Part shown: piece by piece, positions 9,674 to 19,064 of the stretch
Layout of the letters: every line of letters begins with the position of its first letter
How positions within the stretch are numbered: position 1 is the first letter of the stretch
Sequence record: MF158044
Origin: Shigella phage Sf18
Reading direction: 5' to 3' (one strand)
DNA: 64,000 bases
Made by a program: the position numbers and the translations under genes
Notes under the pieces: generated by a model
Seen by the model: only the letters and a program-made list of their open reading frames with translations
What the model was told of the DNA's origin: nothing
Database searches by the model: none

Positions 9674-11491
9674 ATGACTAAATCAATCTATGCAGTACCA
9701 GCAGGTCTTAATGCAGATGCTTATAAAGCGGGTCATATCTATCAGTATCCAGATGCTACACAGTATCTTATGTTGAACTTAACACCTCGTGGAGATAAAT
9801 GGTTTAACTCTCCGTTAGAGATTGATGGTGTTGTAGCTTTTGGTATTCAGCGTTTTGTAAAAGACTATCTGGTAGACCACTGGAATGCAACGTTCTTTGA
9901 ACGTGATAAGAAAGAAGCCATTGACGAAATCTTGGAAATCATGAATGGTGTCCTTGGTGCAGATGCTATTGGTCGTCAACATTGGGAAGAACTTCATGAC
10001 TTGGGTTACCTGCCTGTTGAAGTCTACTCTGTAGAGGAAGGTACAATTGTCCCTATGCGTGTCCCGATGATTGTCTTCAAAAACACTGTAGAAGGATTCC
10101 ATTGGGTAGCTGGTTATCTTGAAGATGCTTTCTCTGCTGAAATCTGGAAGGCTTGTACGATTGCAACTATTGCACTGCATTACAAACGTATCTGTAAGCA
10201 ATGGGCTGATAAGACCTGTGACAATGACTTCCATTTACCTTGGCAGTGTCATGACTTTGCAATGCGTGGTATGTCTGGCTTCACAGATGATGCGTTTAAC
10301 GCAGTAGGTCACCTGACAAGTTTTAAAGGTACTGACAGCTTCCCTGCTGTATATACAGCTAAACGTGCATATGGTCAGTTTATGAATGTAGGTGAGATTG
10401 GTAACTCTGTCCCAGCTACTGAGCACTCTGTGATGTGTGCAAACATCTCATGGAACAGTCTTAACAAAGAGGTAAGTGATTGGCATCTATCGCATTCTGA
10501 CAACTTACTTGATGCAATGCGTTGGCGTGGTGAGGTAGAAACTTTCCATCGCCTTCTGACAGAAGTTTACCCAACTGGTATTGCAAGTGCCGTATCAGAT
10601 ACTTACAACTTCTGGCGTACTGTTACACAGATTCTGCCAGAGCTACGTAATGTAATTCTGAATCGTGATGGTAAGTTGGTAATTCGTCCAGACTCTGGAG
10701 ACCCTGTTCACATTGTTACAGGTTACAAAGCCATTGAATGGGAAACTGCTAAGTCAATGTTCTATAAGCACATGAAAGAGCTTGCACCGAACAATACACA
10801 TCTGCATGACACAATCTTGAATTGTGAAATGTCTGATATTGGCTTTGGGTTCTCTGCTTGGCTAATCTCTGAAGGTTATGAGATGGTTGTTGATAAAGAA
10901 GATTTTGAATCTGCTGATACAATCAACCTTATTACTGCTCAGAAGACTGGACAGTTTACTGTGAAGCGTATGCTGACAGCAGAAATTGACGGAGCTATCC
11001 ACACGCTGTATAACATCTTTGGTGGCACTGTTAACTCCAAAGGGTACAAAGTACTGGATGAGCACATTGGGCTAATCTACGGTGATTCTATCACTCTGGA
11101 AAGGGCTAATGATATTCTGTCACGTCTTGCTGATAAAGGTTTTGCAAGTTCTAACGTAGTGTTTGGTGTAGGTTCATACACCTATCAGTACCTGACTCGT
11201 GACACCTTTGCATTTGCTGTTAAAGCAACTCTTGCACAGATGGATGGTCAAGAAATTATGCTGGCTAAAGACCCTAAAACTGACAGCGGTCTTAAGAAGT
11301 CTGCTTTTGGTGGAGTTGTCCCTATGTGGGATGGTGACAAGCTGGTAGCTGTAGATGGTTTTGGCTTTGCAGAGTTTGAAGGTGCAATTGACAATTGTCA
11401 TAGTGCTTTGAAACTGGTATTTAGCAACTCGCAACCTTATGGTTACGTTAACCTGCGTGATGTTCGAAATACTATTGACAAGCAACTTTAA
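9674..11491 (+). CDS. nicotinamide phosphoribosyltransferase (Nampt)-like protein; candidate nicotinamide ADPR transferase
   Basis: NAMPT motifs DAYKAGHIYQYP, HDFAMRGMSG, FKGTDS, EHSVM, VSDTYNFW, IRPDSGDP; 605 aa, longer than typical ~490 aa. Confidence 0.85.
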   Translation: MTKSIYAVPAGLNADAYKAGHIYQYPDATQYLMLNLTPRGDKWFNSPLEIDGVVAFGIQRFVKDYLVDHWNATFFERDKKEAIDEILEIMNGVLGADAIGRQHWEELHDLGYLPVEVYSVEEGTIVPMRVPMIVFKNTVEGFHWVAGYLEDAFSAEIWKACTIATIALHYKRICKQWADKTCDNDFHLPWQCHDFAMRGMSGFTDDAFNAVGHLTSFKGTDSFPAVYTAKRAYGQFMNVGEIGNSVPATEHSVMCANISWNSLNKEVSDWHLSHSDNLLDAMRWRGEVETFHRLLTEVYPTGIASAVSDTYNFWRTVTQILPELRNVILNRDGKLVIRPDSGDPVHIVTGYKAIEWETAKSMFYKHMKELAPNNTHLHDTILNCEMSDIGFGFSAWLISEGYEMVVDKEDFESADTINLITAQKTGQFTVKRMLTAEIDGAIHTLYNIFGGTVNSKGYKVLDEHIGLIYGDSITLERANDILSRLADKGFASSNVVFGVGSYTYQYLTRDTFAFAVKATLAQMDGQEIMLAKDPKTDSGLKKSAFGGVVPMWDGDKLVAVDGFGFAEFEGAIDNCHSALKLVFSNSQPYGYVNLRDVRNTIDKQL

Positions 11492-11503
11492 AACAGTATG
11501 ATA

Positions 11504-11528
11504 AGAGGCTCCTACGGGAGCCTTTTTA
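11504..11528 (+). terminator. rho-independent terminator after Nampt-like gene
   Basis: GAGGCTCC-tacg-GGAGCCTT then TTTT. Confidence 0.6.
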
Positions 11529-11544
11529 ATTTGTGGAGAAGAGT

Positions 11545-11760
11545 ATGAGATTTAACACGGATTTATTTTATACAGATAGCACTGGATTCTTTGGGGGATA
11601 TTGTGTAGCATCTTGGCAGCTATGGTTCTCAGAAGAGTACAGAGGTGATATGCAGGTTTTTGTAGAAGATTATAAGTTTCCTGCAAAACCTACTAAACGC
11701 CAGATTAGAAAGCTTCGCAGAGAGTTTCGTAAAACTTGCAAAAGGATTAACAAACTATGA
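11545..11760 (+). CDS. hypothetical protein
   Basis: ATG with GGAGAAG RBS; ORF-track GTG start 11533. Confidence 0.4.
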   Translation: MRFNTDLFYTDSTGFFGGYCVASWQLWFSEEYRGDMQVFVEDYKFPAKPTKRQIRKLRREFRKTCKRINKL

Positions 11761-12092
11761 AAATTAAACAGATGAATGTTAATTTAATCATTGAAGAACG
11801 TTGGGAAAACATCAAGCGCCCTGAAGATGGCCATAAGTTTATCAATGAACTGTTTCAAGCAGCACAATCAGAGTTAGCTTCTGAGATTTATACAACGGTT
11901 ACTTTGAAGGTCTATATCAAAGGTCTTCCACAGAACCATCAAGAAGCTCTTGATTTGTTTCAAGAAAGGTTTTACAATCCAAACAAAAAGATACTTGAGA
12001 ATAGTTTTGCAGTATCTTCGAGTATTGTTCATGACAGGAGTTTTGTCCTATTCAGAACTATAGGAGATAAGGTATGCAAGGTTATTGGTTAG
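11757..12092 (+). CDS. hypothetical protein
   Basis: 111 aa ORF, start overlaps previous stop (ATGA). Confidence 0.4.
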   Translation: MKIKQMNVNLIIEERWENIKRPEDGHKFINELFQAAQSELASEIYTTVTLKVYIKGLPQNHQEALDLFQERFYNPNKKILENSFAVSSSIVHDRSFVLFRTIGDKVCKVIG

Positions 12093-12253
12093 AAATTGTT
12101 CTTTCACTCGGTTGTATAGTTGCTATTGCAGTGTTACTATGCAAGTACTTCTCAGAGACTGAACCTTGTGATGAGTGTGAAGGTTCTGGGGTAGTTGGTA
12201 TAGGGCATTGTTGCCCTTACTGTAATGGAACTGGAAAGAAATTTAAAAAGTAA
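12074..12253 (+). CDS. membrane-anchored mini-protein with two CxxCxGxG (DnaJ-type zinc-finger) motifs
   Basis: 59-aa ORF below ORF-track cutoff; AGGAG RBS 6 nt upstream; TM helix then CDECEGSG and CPYCNGTG. Confidence 0.35.
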   Translation: MQGYWLEIVLSLGCIVAIAVLLCKYFSETEPCDECEGSGVVGIGHCCPYCNGTGKKFKK

Positions 12254-12315
12254 CTTGACAGTGGCATCTATAAAATTATATAGTTTGCCACATCGACAAC
12301 TAAGGAGATATTCTT

Positions 12316-14688
12316 ATGCGCATGGTAAATGACCACGCAACGGTAATTAAAAGCTCAAGTACACTGGAAACCTCTCAGGCTCAGATTAAGATGACACCTG
12401 AAATGTTCAGTCTTCTAAGCTCAGGTGTTTACACATATAAAGAACGTGCTGTAATTCGTGAATTGTCATGTAACGCAGTAGATGCTCACATTGATTCTGG
12501 TAACGTTGATAAACCTTTCTTGGTTCACTTACCAACTCGTTTCGAGCCATTCTTTGAAGTTCGTGACTTTGGTACAGGGCTGACTCATGATAAAGTTATG
12601 AAACTTTACATGACCTATGGAGAATCTACAAAGAACGATTCAAACGACTACATTGGTGCTATGGGTATCGGTTCAAAGTCACCTTTTGCAATTGCTCAGT
12701 CATTCACTGTATCAAGCTATGTTGATGGTGTAGTTAACAAATACTCAGTTTACCTTGAGAATGGCATCCCTCAAGTAACTAAGTTGACTACTAACCCAAC
12801 TACAGAGCCAAATGGTTTAGCTGTTCGAGTAGCGGTATCCGATAACCGTATCAACAAGTTTCATGAAGAAGCGAGCAATGTATACTCGTACTTTAAAGTT
12901 AAGCCAGAGTGTAATGTTGAGTACTATGACATTCTTGAAGCAATGACTTCCATTTCTCGTGAAGATGGTGTCTATGATGCAATGAAGTACAAAGAGAACT
13001 GGCGTTCAAATAGTAACAGTGTCCATTTCAATGTAATCATGGGTAATATTGCTTATCCTGTTGAAATGGGTGAGTTGCTTGGTTCAGAGTTTACAAGCAT
13101 TCTGCCTCAGTTCTTCCGTAGTGCTGTAGACCTTGTTAACATCTACATGCCAATTGGTTCAGTGGCTATTGCTGCATCTCGTGAAGCATTGCAGATGAAT
13201 GAGACCACTAAGACCAAGATTGTTGAAGCTGTGAAGAAAATCACTAAGACAATCGTAGAAGATGTGGTAAAAGAGATTGCTAACAAGCCAACTCTGATTG
13301 ATGCTGCTCAAGCCTATGATACCATGAGGAAGGAGGCTCGTGAAATCTTTATTCACGTCCAAGATTCTCTGGAATGGCAAGGCCAGAACTTGAAAAAGCT
13401 TGAACAAAAACTGTTAGGTATCCGTCGTGGTCAGTTAACTGAAGCAGATGGTTCTCCATCATTCTTGAAAGATGATGCAGGTAACTTGAGGCTTGACAAA
13501 GATGGTAATCCAGTTCCTAATATTGGTAATCTGTATGAACCTGTAGCATACTACAAGTACAGCAGTCTGGAGAACCGTATTCGAGCAACTTCAGCAACTT
13601 ATTCACAAGATTCAGCAATGTTTAGTATCTTTGGTGCAATGAGTAAAGATAAGTTGAGCAACTATTTGTTCCTTATCAATGACCGTCGAAACAAGAACGG
13701 GTCTGAGAAGACAACTGGTAAAAACCAGATTATCCGTGGAGCTTGCCGTGACCGTGAACAGGAAGACTCTAACTTCCGTCGCTACAACGGTATTGCTTTC
13801 TTGTTCAGCAGTCAGCAGCAATTCGATGAGTTTGTAGATTTGCATATGCTTGACAAGAGTCTGTTAAGTGTGCATACAATGTCATCTAAAGAGCACCACT
13901 ATGAGAAACGTACTATTGTACGTGGTGTTGTAAAACTGTATAAAGCATTTATATGTCCAAATACCGACATAATTCGCTATACAGAGGTTAAAGAGAACTT
14001 TGATGAGATTGAAGAACCACAACTGTATATCAAAGCACAGAGTGATGAAGTGATTGGTGGAATCTTCTCATGTTCACCAGAACGTGCTGCAACGTTGATG
14101 ACAGAGTTAACTGGACAGTCAGTTTATGTCTTCCGTAAAGCCAACTGGAAAAAGATTCCTGAAGATTGGACAGAAGTCAATGAACAAGTATTGAAAGATT
14201 TTATTGATGCCACACATTGGATTGAGTATCATCGTTTCTTGACTCACCAGTATATGACAAATAATCACGATATCACTGATTGTAATGTTATTTCTCGAAA
14301 CTTTACGTTTGCTGATAAGCGTAAGTCCAGAGGCCACATTTACAGTAAAGATTTTAAGAAGACTATTTTCTTAGAAGGGAATGAAGAAGCTATAGAAGCA
14401 ATGTTTGGACGCTTGGCATACACTGCTGCACCAGTTGCTTACAAAGATATTACCAGCACTCTTGATACCATTCGTAGGAATATGAGAGGTTCTTGTAAGC
14501 CAAGAAAGGTTCTGGATAACGCTAAGAAGCGTCTTGAAAGCAAGTTCAAAGATTACTTTGAGAAACGCCGTAAAGAAAACTTCTTGCTTTCTAATCTGGA
14601 TTGGAATAAAGTATCACCAGTCGAAGTTGGTAAGTTCTTAGGTTTTGATACTAAGAGCATTCCAGAAGACACTGTATGCTGGGATTAA
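12316..14688 (+). CDS. rIIA: rIIA-like protein with N-terminal GHKL-type ATPase fold
   Basis: Bergerat-fold motifs (ELSCNAVDA, RDFGTGL, GAMGIGSKS); 790 aa; followed by rIIB-like gene. Confidence 0.6.
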   Translation: MRMVNDHATVIKSSSTLETSQAQIKMTPEMFSLLSSGVYTYKERAVIRELSCNAVDAHIDSGNVDKPFLVHLPTRFEPFFEVRDFGTGLTHDKVMKLYMTYGESTKNDSNDYIGAMGIGSKSPFAIAQSFTVSSYVDGVVNKYSVYLENGIPQVTKLTTNPTTEPNGLAVRVAVSDNRINKFHEEASNVYSYFKVKPECNVEYYDILEAMTSISREDGVYDAMKYKENWRSNSNSVHFNVIMGNIAYPVEMGELLGSEFTSILPQFFRSAVDLVNIYMPIGSVAIAASREALQMNETTKTKIVEAVKKITKTIVEDVVKEIANKPTLIDAAQAYDTMRKEAREIFIHVQDSLEWQGQNLKKLEQKLLGIRRGQLTEADGSPSFLKDDAGNLRLDKDGNPVPNIGNLYEPVAYYKYSSLENRIRATSATYSQDSAMFSIFGAMSKDKLSNYLFLINDRRNKNGSEKTTGKNQIIRGACRDREQEDSNFRRYNGIAFLFSSQQQFDEFVDLHMLDKSLLSVHTMSSKEHHYEKRTIVRGVVKLYKAFICPNTDIIRYTEVKENFDEIEEPQLYIKAQSDEVIGGIFSCSPERAATLMTELTGQSVYVFRKANWKKIPEDWTEVNEQVLKDFIDATHWIEYHRFLTHQYMTNNHDITDCNVISRNFTFADKRKSRGHIYSKDFKKTIFLEGNEEAIEAMFGRLAYTAAPVAYKDITSTLDTIRRNMRGSCKPRKVLDNAKKRLESKFKDYFEKRRKENFLLSNLDWNKVSPVEVGKFLGFDTKSIPEDTVCWD

Positions 14689-14767
14689 AAATAGTTTGAC
14701 AGGGGCTGAAAAGCCCCTTAGAATACGAACCACTAAGTAATTTTAAACAACAAAGAGAGATATTGAA

Positions 14768-15889
14768 ATGACTACTAAGACTAAAGCACAAATCGACGCA
14801 GAAATCTATGCACTGGTTAAAGAAGGTAAACTGACCAAAACTGCAATTGCTCTGAAGTATAACACTTCAACCCGTTCAGTAGGTCGTGCTGTAGAGCGTC
14901 ATGAAGCAACACTGCTGTCAGGGAAAACCAAAGCAAAACCTGCAAAGACTCTGAAAGATATTGCAAAGAATGCTAAGAAAGCTAAAGCGACCAAGAAAGT
15001 ATCTAAGCAGAAACCTGTTGCAAAAGCTGTTAAAGAAGCAGTCAAAGCAGAGCCTGTAAATGCTCTGCATGAAGCAATGCAGAATAACAGCCAGATTGAA
15101 TACATGATTACTGGTGATTCTGTTATCATGACTTTCGGTGCAGAGTCTGAGATTGTTGAGTCAACTCATCCTAACTACACTGATATTGTAATGGCTGTTG
15201 TTTCAGGTGAGTACAAGAAAGCTTTTGAACTGATGAACATTCGCAAGTCTATTGAGAACTTCACTCAAGGTGCTGTAACCATCAAAGGTGACAACCTGTA
15301 TTACGGTGCTGTTCAGATGCGCTCAACTCTGGTAGACCGTATTCTGGATATGATGAAGAAAGGTGATAATGGTTTTGTTCGACTGATTGAATTCTTTGAA
15401 AAACTGATGGAAAACCCATCAAAAGATTCTGTAGAACAACTTTGGGGCTTTGTATCACACCTTGATGTTGAAATTGATGAAGAAGGTTATATCATCGGCT
15501 GGAAGAAAGTCACAACTCGTGGTGGTAAACTGTTTGACTCTCGTACCTGCAAAGTTCCAAATGATTTGGGTAACATTGTAGAGATGCCACGTTGGATGGT
15601 TGATAATAACCGTCATGTAACCTGCTCTCAGGGTCTGCACGTTGGTGCTTGGGATTATGTAACTAGCTTCTCTGGTGACACTATCCTGAAAGTTCGTGTT
15701 CATCCTCGTGATGTTGTTTCAGTACCAACTGACTACAACGACATGAAAATGCGAGCTTCCCGCTATGAAGTTGCAGCGATTGTAAATAGTCGCCGTGAAG
15801 TCATCAAAGAGTGGGATGGTTCAGAAGCACTCCACGTAGTTGTAGGTACTGCTGGTGAACTGATTTCTCAGCGTAAACGTGAAGTTTAA
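14768..15889 (+). CDS. rIIB: rIIB-like protein
   Basis: 373 aa ORF immediately downstream of rIIA-like gene; assignment by synteny and family recollection. Confidence 0.5.
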   Translation: MTTKTKAQIDAEIYALVKEGKLTKTAIALKYNTSTRSVGRAVERHEATLLSGKTKAKPAKTLKDIAKNAKKAKATKKVSKQKPVAKAVKEAVKAEPVNALHEAMQNNSQIEYMITGDSVIMTFGAESEIVESTHPNYTDIVMAVVSGEYKKAFELMNIRKSIENFTQGAVTIKGDNLYYGAVQMRSTLVDRILDMMKKGDNGFVRLIEFFEKLMENPSKDSVEQLWGFVSHLDVEIDEEGYIIGWKKVTTRGGKLFDSRTCKVPNDLGNIVEMPRWMVDNNRHVTCSQGLHVGAWDYVTSFSGDTILKVRVHPRDVVSVPTDYNDMKMRASRYEVAAIVNSRREVIKEWDGSEALHVVVGTAGELISQRKREV

Positions 15890-15905
15890 TAAGTAAATTC
15901 CTAAA

Positions 15906-15930
15906 GGGGCTGCTTCGGCAGCCTTTTTTA
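15906..15930 (+). terminator. rho-independent terminator after rIIB-like gene
   Basis: GGCTGC-ttcg-GCAGCC then TTTTTTA. Confidence 0.6.
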
Positions 15931-15931
15931 T

Positions 15932-15959
15932 TTGAAAAATGTGCAGGTTAGTGTATAAT
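15932..15959 (+). promoter_or_regulatory. sigma70-like promoter upstream of SLT gene
   Basis: TTGAAA-N16-TATAAT. Confidence 0.55.
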
Positions 15960-15990
15960 TGTCTGCATGTTTAACAAAATAGGAGTGCAA

Positions 15991-16539
15991 ATGAAGAAAT
16001 TTGTTTTAGGTTTGTGCTTATTCTTTACAGCACATTTAGCTACAGCATCTGACTGTCCAGAGCTTACAATCAGCCAGAAAGTTAATATGTTAAAAGCATA
16101 TAACTATGGCGAAGGGCAGATGGGAAAAGGTTGGGGAATCCCTTTAGCAGCTATAGCCTTACAAGAGTCACAATTAGGTGTCATGTTAGAAAATAAAAAG
16201 ACTCATGATTATGGTGTTTTCCAGAATCACTTGAAGACTGTTGTAAAGCGTAACAAGGTATCTCCAAAGGTTGCTAAGAAGAAGCTAGTAAGTGACTTCC
16301 ATTACTCAGCGAAAGAGGCTCATAAAGAGCTATTATTCTGGACTAAGGTTCATGGCAACCCAGATGGAAAGTACTCTATGAAGCGTGTCCTAGCTTCTTA
16401 TAATGCTGGTTACAAATACAAGATTCCAAAGGCTAGACAATACTCTCAAGATGTGTACAATAACATGAAACTGCTTGCTCAATGTGAGTTTGCAACAAAC
16501 ATTAAAAAGGTAAAATATGAGCGAATCAAAACAATTTGA
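15991..16539 (+). CDS. secreted lytic transglycosylase (SLT-domain)-like protein
   Basis: Signal peptide MKKFVLGLCLFFTAHLATA; motifs ALQESQLG, GVFQ, ASYNAGYKY resemble SLT catalytic core. Confidence 0.55.
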   Translation: MKKFVLGLCLFFTAHLATASDCPELTISQKVNMLKAYNYGEGQMGKGWGIPLAAIALQESQLGVMLENKKTHDYGVFQNHLKTVVKRNKVSPKVAKKKLVSDFHYSAKEAHKELLFWTKVHGNPDGKYSMKRVLASYNAGYKYKIPKARQYSQDVYNNMKLLAQCEFATNIKKVKYERIKTI

Positions 16540-17212
16540 CATGGTTCTGTGTCATGCTTATGATATTAAGCCACTTGATTTAGATATCAGTTCTGCAAGT
16601 TGGTCAGATATTACTAAAGCTGACTTTGCAGATACAGCAAGAAATGTTGTATGTAGTTTTGAAGACTTTCATTCAACAAAGACACAGGTTCCTTGTCAGG
16701 ATTTGCTAACAGGTAAAACTGTGTATGTTGGTCGTAACAGCCTTATCTTGGTTGCAAAGAACTTGGAAGAAAAACGTAAAATGGTCTTAGCAGACATTGA
16801 CGGTGTTCTTACAAGCTTTAATAAGGAGCTTAATGCAACTCTGCTAACTGATGGTACTTACTCACAGTACACTGATTTGGTAGAATCTTGCAGAGCTAAA
16901 CCAACATATGTTTTTAACATTCTGTGTGGTATATCAAGAAATGCTGATATAGGATTCTTAACTGCTCGTGGTGAATCACAAAGAGTTGTCACACATCTTT
17001 TCCTGAATGAGAATGTAGACAGTGATTTCCTACTGTTTATGCGTGGATTTGGTGACAATGAGATTAGTGCAGAAAGTTTGAAAGTTCGTATGCTTCAGTC
17101 TTGCATTCTACCTTACTATGATGTAGTATGCTTTATAGAAGATACAGTGAAGAACGTGGCAAAGGTAGAAAGAATCTTACCACACATCAAAACAATGCTT
17201 GTTAAAAACTGA
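16517..17212 (+). CDS. HAD-superfamily phosphatase-like protein
   Basis: HAD motif I-like DIDGVL; RBS before 16517; N-terminal ~90 aa unassigned. Confidence 0.45.
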   Translation: MSESKQFDMVLCHAYDIKPLDLDISSASWSDITKADFADTARNVVCSFEDFHSTKTQVPCQDLLTGKTVYVGRNSLILVAKNLEEKRKMVLADIDGVLTSFNKELNATLLTDGTYSQYTDLVESCRAKPTYVFNILCGISRNADIGFLTARGESQRVVTHLFLNENVDSDFLLFMRGFGDNEISAESLKVRMLQSCILPYYDVVCFIEDTVKNVAKVERILPHIKTMLVKN

Positions 17213-17223
17213 GAGAGTAAACC

Positions 17224-17688
17224 ATGCAAAACATTATTACAGTAGCTATCGATGCTTCCGGTAACAAATCACAGGTAGTTCGTGAGATTATCAAGAGTAA
17301 TTTCGATGGTAAAATCTTTCGTGCAGTAAACGTGAAAGCTGATGGTAACATTCGTGAGTATCGTGCAATGTTGAATGTCACAAAACACGTTAAGGGTGTC
17401 GGTTCAACTACTGCTCATAAAGAAAATCTGATGACTATCTATGATATGGGTATGGCTTCAGAGTTAGGTGCAAAAGGGATTGTACAATCCGGTGCTCCTT
17501 ACCGTTCTTTCAATCTGGAAACTGCTCTTATGCTTTCCTTTACAAGTGGTTCTCAAACTACCACTTACCTCTTCACAGATACTGCAACGGTTTCTGCGAT
17601 TAAGGACAATACCATTAAGGCTGGCGTAGCTGCCGCTTCAAAAGCCTCAACAATGGCAGCAAATGTCCTTGCGAAAGTTCTTGGTTAA
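17224..17688 (+). CDS. hypothetical protein
   Basis: 154 aa ORF followed by terminator. Confidence 0.45.
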   Translation: MQNIITVAIDASGNKSQVVREIIKSNFDGKIFRAVNVKADGNIREYRAMLNVTKHVKGVGSTTAHKENLMTIYDMGMASELGAKGIVQSGAPYRSFNLETALMLSFTSGSQTTTYLFTDTATVSAIKDNTIKAGVAAASKASTMAANVLAKVLG

Positions 17689-17696
17689 AGTTATTA

Positions 17697-17723
17697 TAGA
17701 GGCTCCTTCGGGAGCCTTTTTCA
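17697..17723 (+). terminator. rho-independent terminator
   Basis: AGAGGCTCC-ttcg-GGAGCCT then TTTTT; same sequence as minus-strand terminator at 35041-35069. Confidence 0.6.
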
Positions 17724-17740
17724 TTTCTAGGAGAAGTTAA

Positions 17741-18088
17741 ATGACGTTTAAAGAATTTTGTCAAGCAGCTTTTGCAATCATTTTCTTAACAGGTGTTGGT
17801 GCTTGGGGAGGCTACACTTACAAGACCAGCCAAGTTAATGAAAAGGAGTTAACTAACCAGAGACTTGTGAGTGTTGCTAAAGATGCTTATCAAGAGGGTT
17901 TATCAAATCTTAGCTCCAATTACAAAAATGATTTGAAAGATGTGCTTGCTAAAAACAAACACACCAAAGAGGTATTGAACTATGAAAAAACTAAGACAGT
18001 CTTTATTAATGATTGTGCTACTGAGCCTTATGTCAGGGTGTTCAACGAACAAAGTGAACAGTACCTTCAAAAACTCCCAAGTAAGTGA
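17741..18088 (+). CDS. inner-membrane spanin-like protein
   Basis: N-terminal TM helix; gene overlapped out of frame by lipoprotein ORF (Rz/Rz1-like arrangement). Confidence 0.5.
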   Translation: MTFKEFCQAAFAIIFLTGVGAWGGYTYKTSQVNEKELTNQRLVSVAKDAYQEGLSNLSSNYKNDLKDVLAKNKHTKEVLNYEKTKTVFINDCATEPYVRVFNEQSEQYLQKLPSK

Positions 18089-18248
18089 GAGTGACAAGTA
18101 CACTCAAGAAGAAGCACGGTATGAGGTTAAAGGTACTAAAGGTGAAGACCTTGCAAGTGCTCTTGAGTTTTATCGTGATGGTTACTATGAATGTACTATT
18201 AAGGCAAACAATTTAATTGATATGATTTTGTTAGGGAATAAGCAGTAA
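17982..18248 (+). CDS. outer-membrane lipoprotein spanin-like protein
   Basis: Lipoprotein signal with lipobox LMSGC; starts inside the preceding gene in another frame. Confidence 0.55.
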   Translation: MKKLRQSLLMIVLLSLMSGCSTNKVNSTFKNSQVSESDKYTQEEARYEVKGTKGEDLASALEFYRDGYYECTIKANNLIDMILLGNKQ

Positions 18249-18517
18249 TGACAGAGAAGAATGAAACATTTTTTGTGGAAGGTTATCTTCTGTTACCAAG
18301 ACCAAGTAACACTTACATGAGATTTGACATTATGCCAACGGTTATGGATGATGTAACTTGTCACATCTTTATGCAGGGTGTTTCTGCACAACTTAAACAT
18401 GTTGGAAGAGATTGCAAAATACGTGTTGACAACCATCCTGAAATCAACGAGAATCACTACACATGGTTCGGGGAAGATTCTAAAGAAATCTATGCAGTCC
18501 TTAAAACGAGGAAGTGA
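18248..18517 (+). CDS. hypothetical protein
   Basis: 89 aa ORF. Confidence 0.4.
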   Translation: MTEKNETFFVEGYLLLPRPSNTYMRFDIMPTVMDDVTCHIFMQGVSAQLKHVGRDCKIRVDNHPEINENHYTWFGEDSKEIYAVLKTRK

Positions 18518-18526
18518 GGTTTAGTG

Positions 18527-18853
18527 ATGCAACTAGATGGTAAGAATTATGTAGCCGTCTTTTCAGACGGTGAGAAAGAAATTGGTACAGCACAAGTCTG
18601 TCACAGTGGTAAAGAGTTTCTCTATGGGGTTGTTGCATTCATTGGTACTCGTGGAGATATGAAATCTTTTAAAGATTGTGTTGACAAGCTTGAAGAATCC
18701 ATAGAGAATCATTGGTGTCTGATATGGCTTAATGCAGAGAATGTTAAAGAACGCTATGCAAAAGTTGGTATCCATATTGAAAGCATCGAACATGTTGACC
18801 TGTTTGAGCTAACTGAAAAGGTGATGTATGAAAGCAATTCTGGTAAGAAGTAA
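18527..18853 (+). CDS. hypothetical protein
   Basis: ATG at 18527 (ORF-track GTG 18524). Confidence 0.4.
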   Translation: MQLDGKNYVAVFSDGEKEIGTAQVCHSGKEFLYGVVAFIGTRGDMKSFKDCVDKLEESIENHWCLIWLNAENVKERYAKVGIHIESIEHVDLFELTEKVMYESNSGKK

Positions 18854-19064
18854 AGTTACACGTCAAGTGTTAGTAGGGGCTATATTTGTTGGACGGGATG
18901 AGGTAATACCATTCATGAACCCCTTGATTCACTACAACTTCAAGATAGGGGATTTTAAACACTACCTGAATCCTCTGCTTACAAGATTAAGCTTAGAAGA
19001 GTTTAAGTGTAATTACTCTTATGAAGGTGATACATACTTCCAAGAGGTAATATCAAATGGCTGA
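18828..19064 (+). CDS. hypothetical protein
   Basis: 78 aa ORF overlapping previous gene end. Confidence 0.35.
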   Translation: MKAILVRSKVTRQVLVGAIFVGRDEVIPFMNPLIHYNFKIGDFKHYLNPLLTRLSLEEFKCNYSYEGDTYFQEVISNG

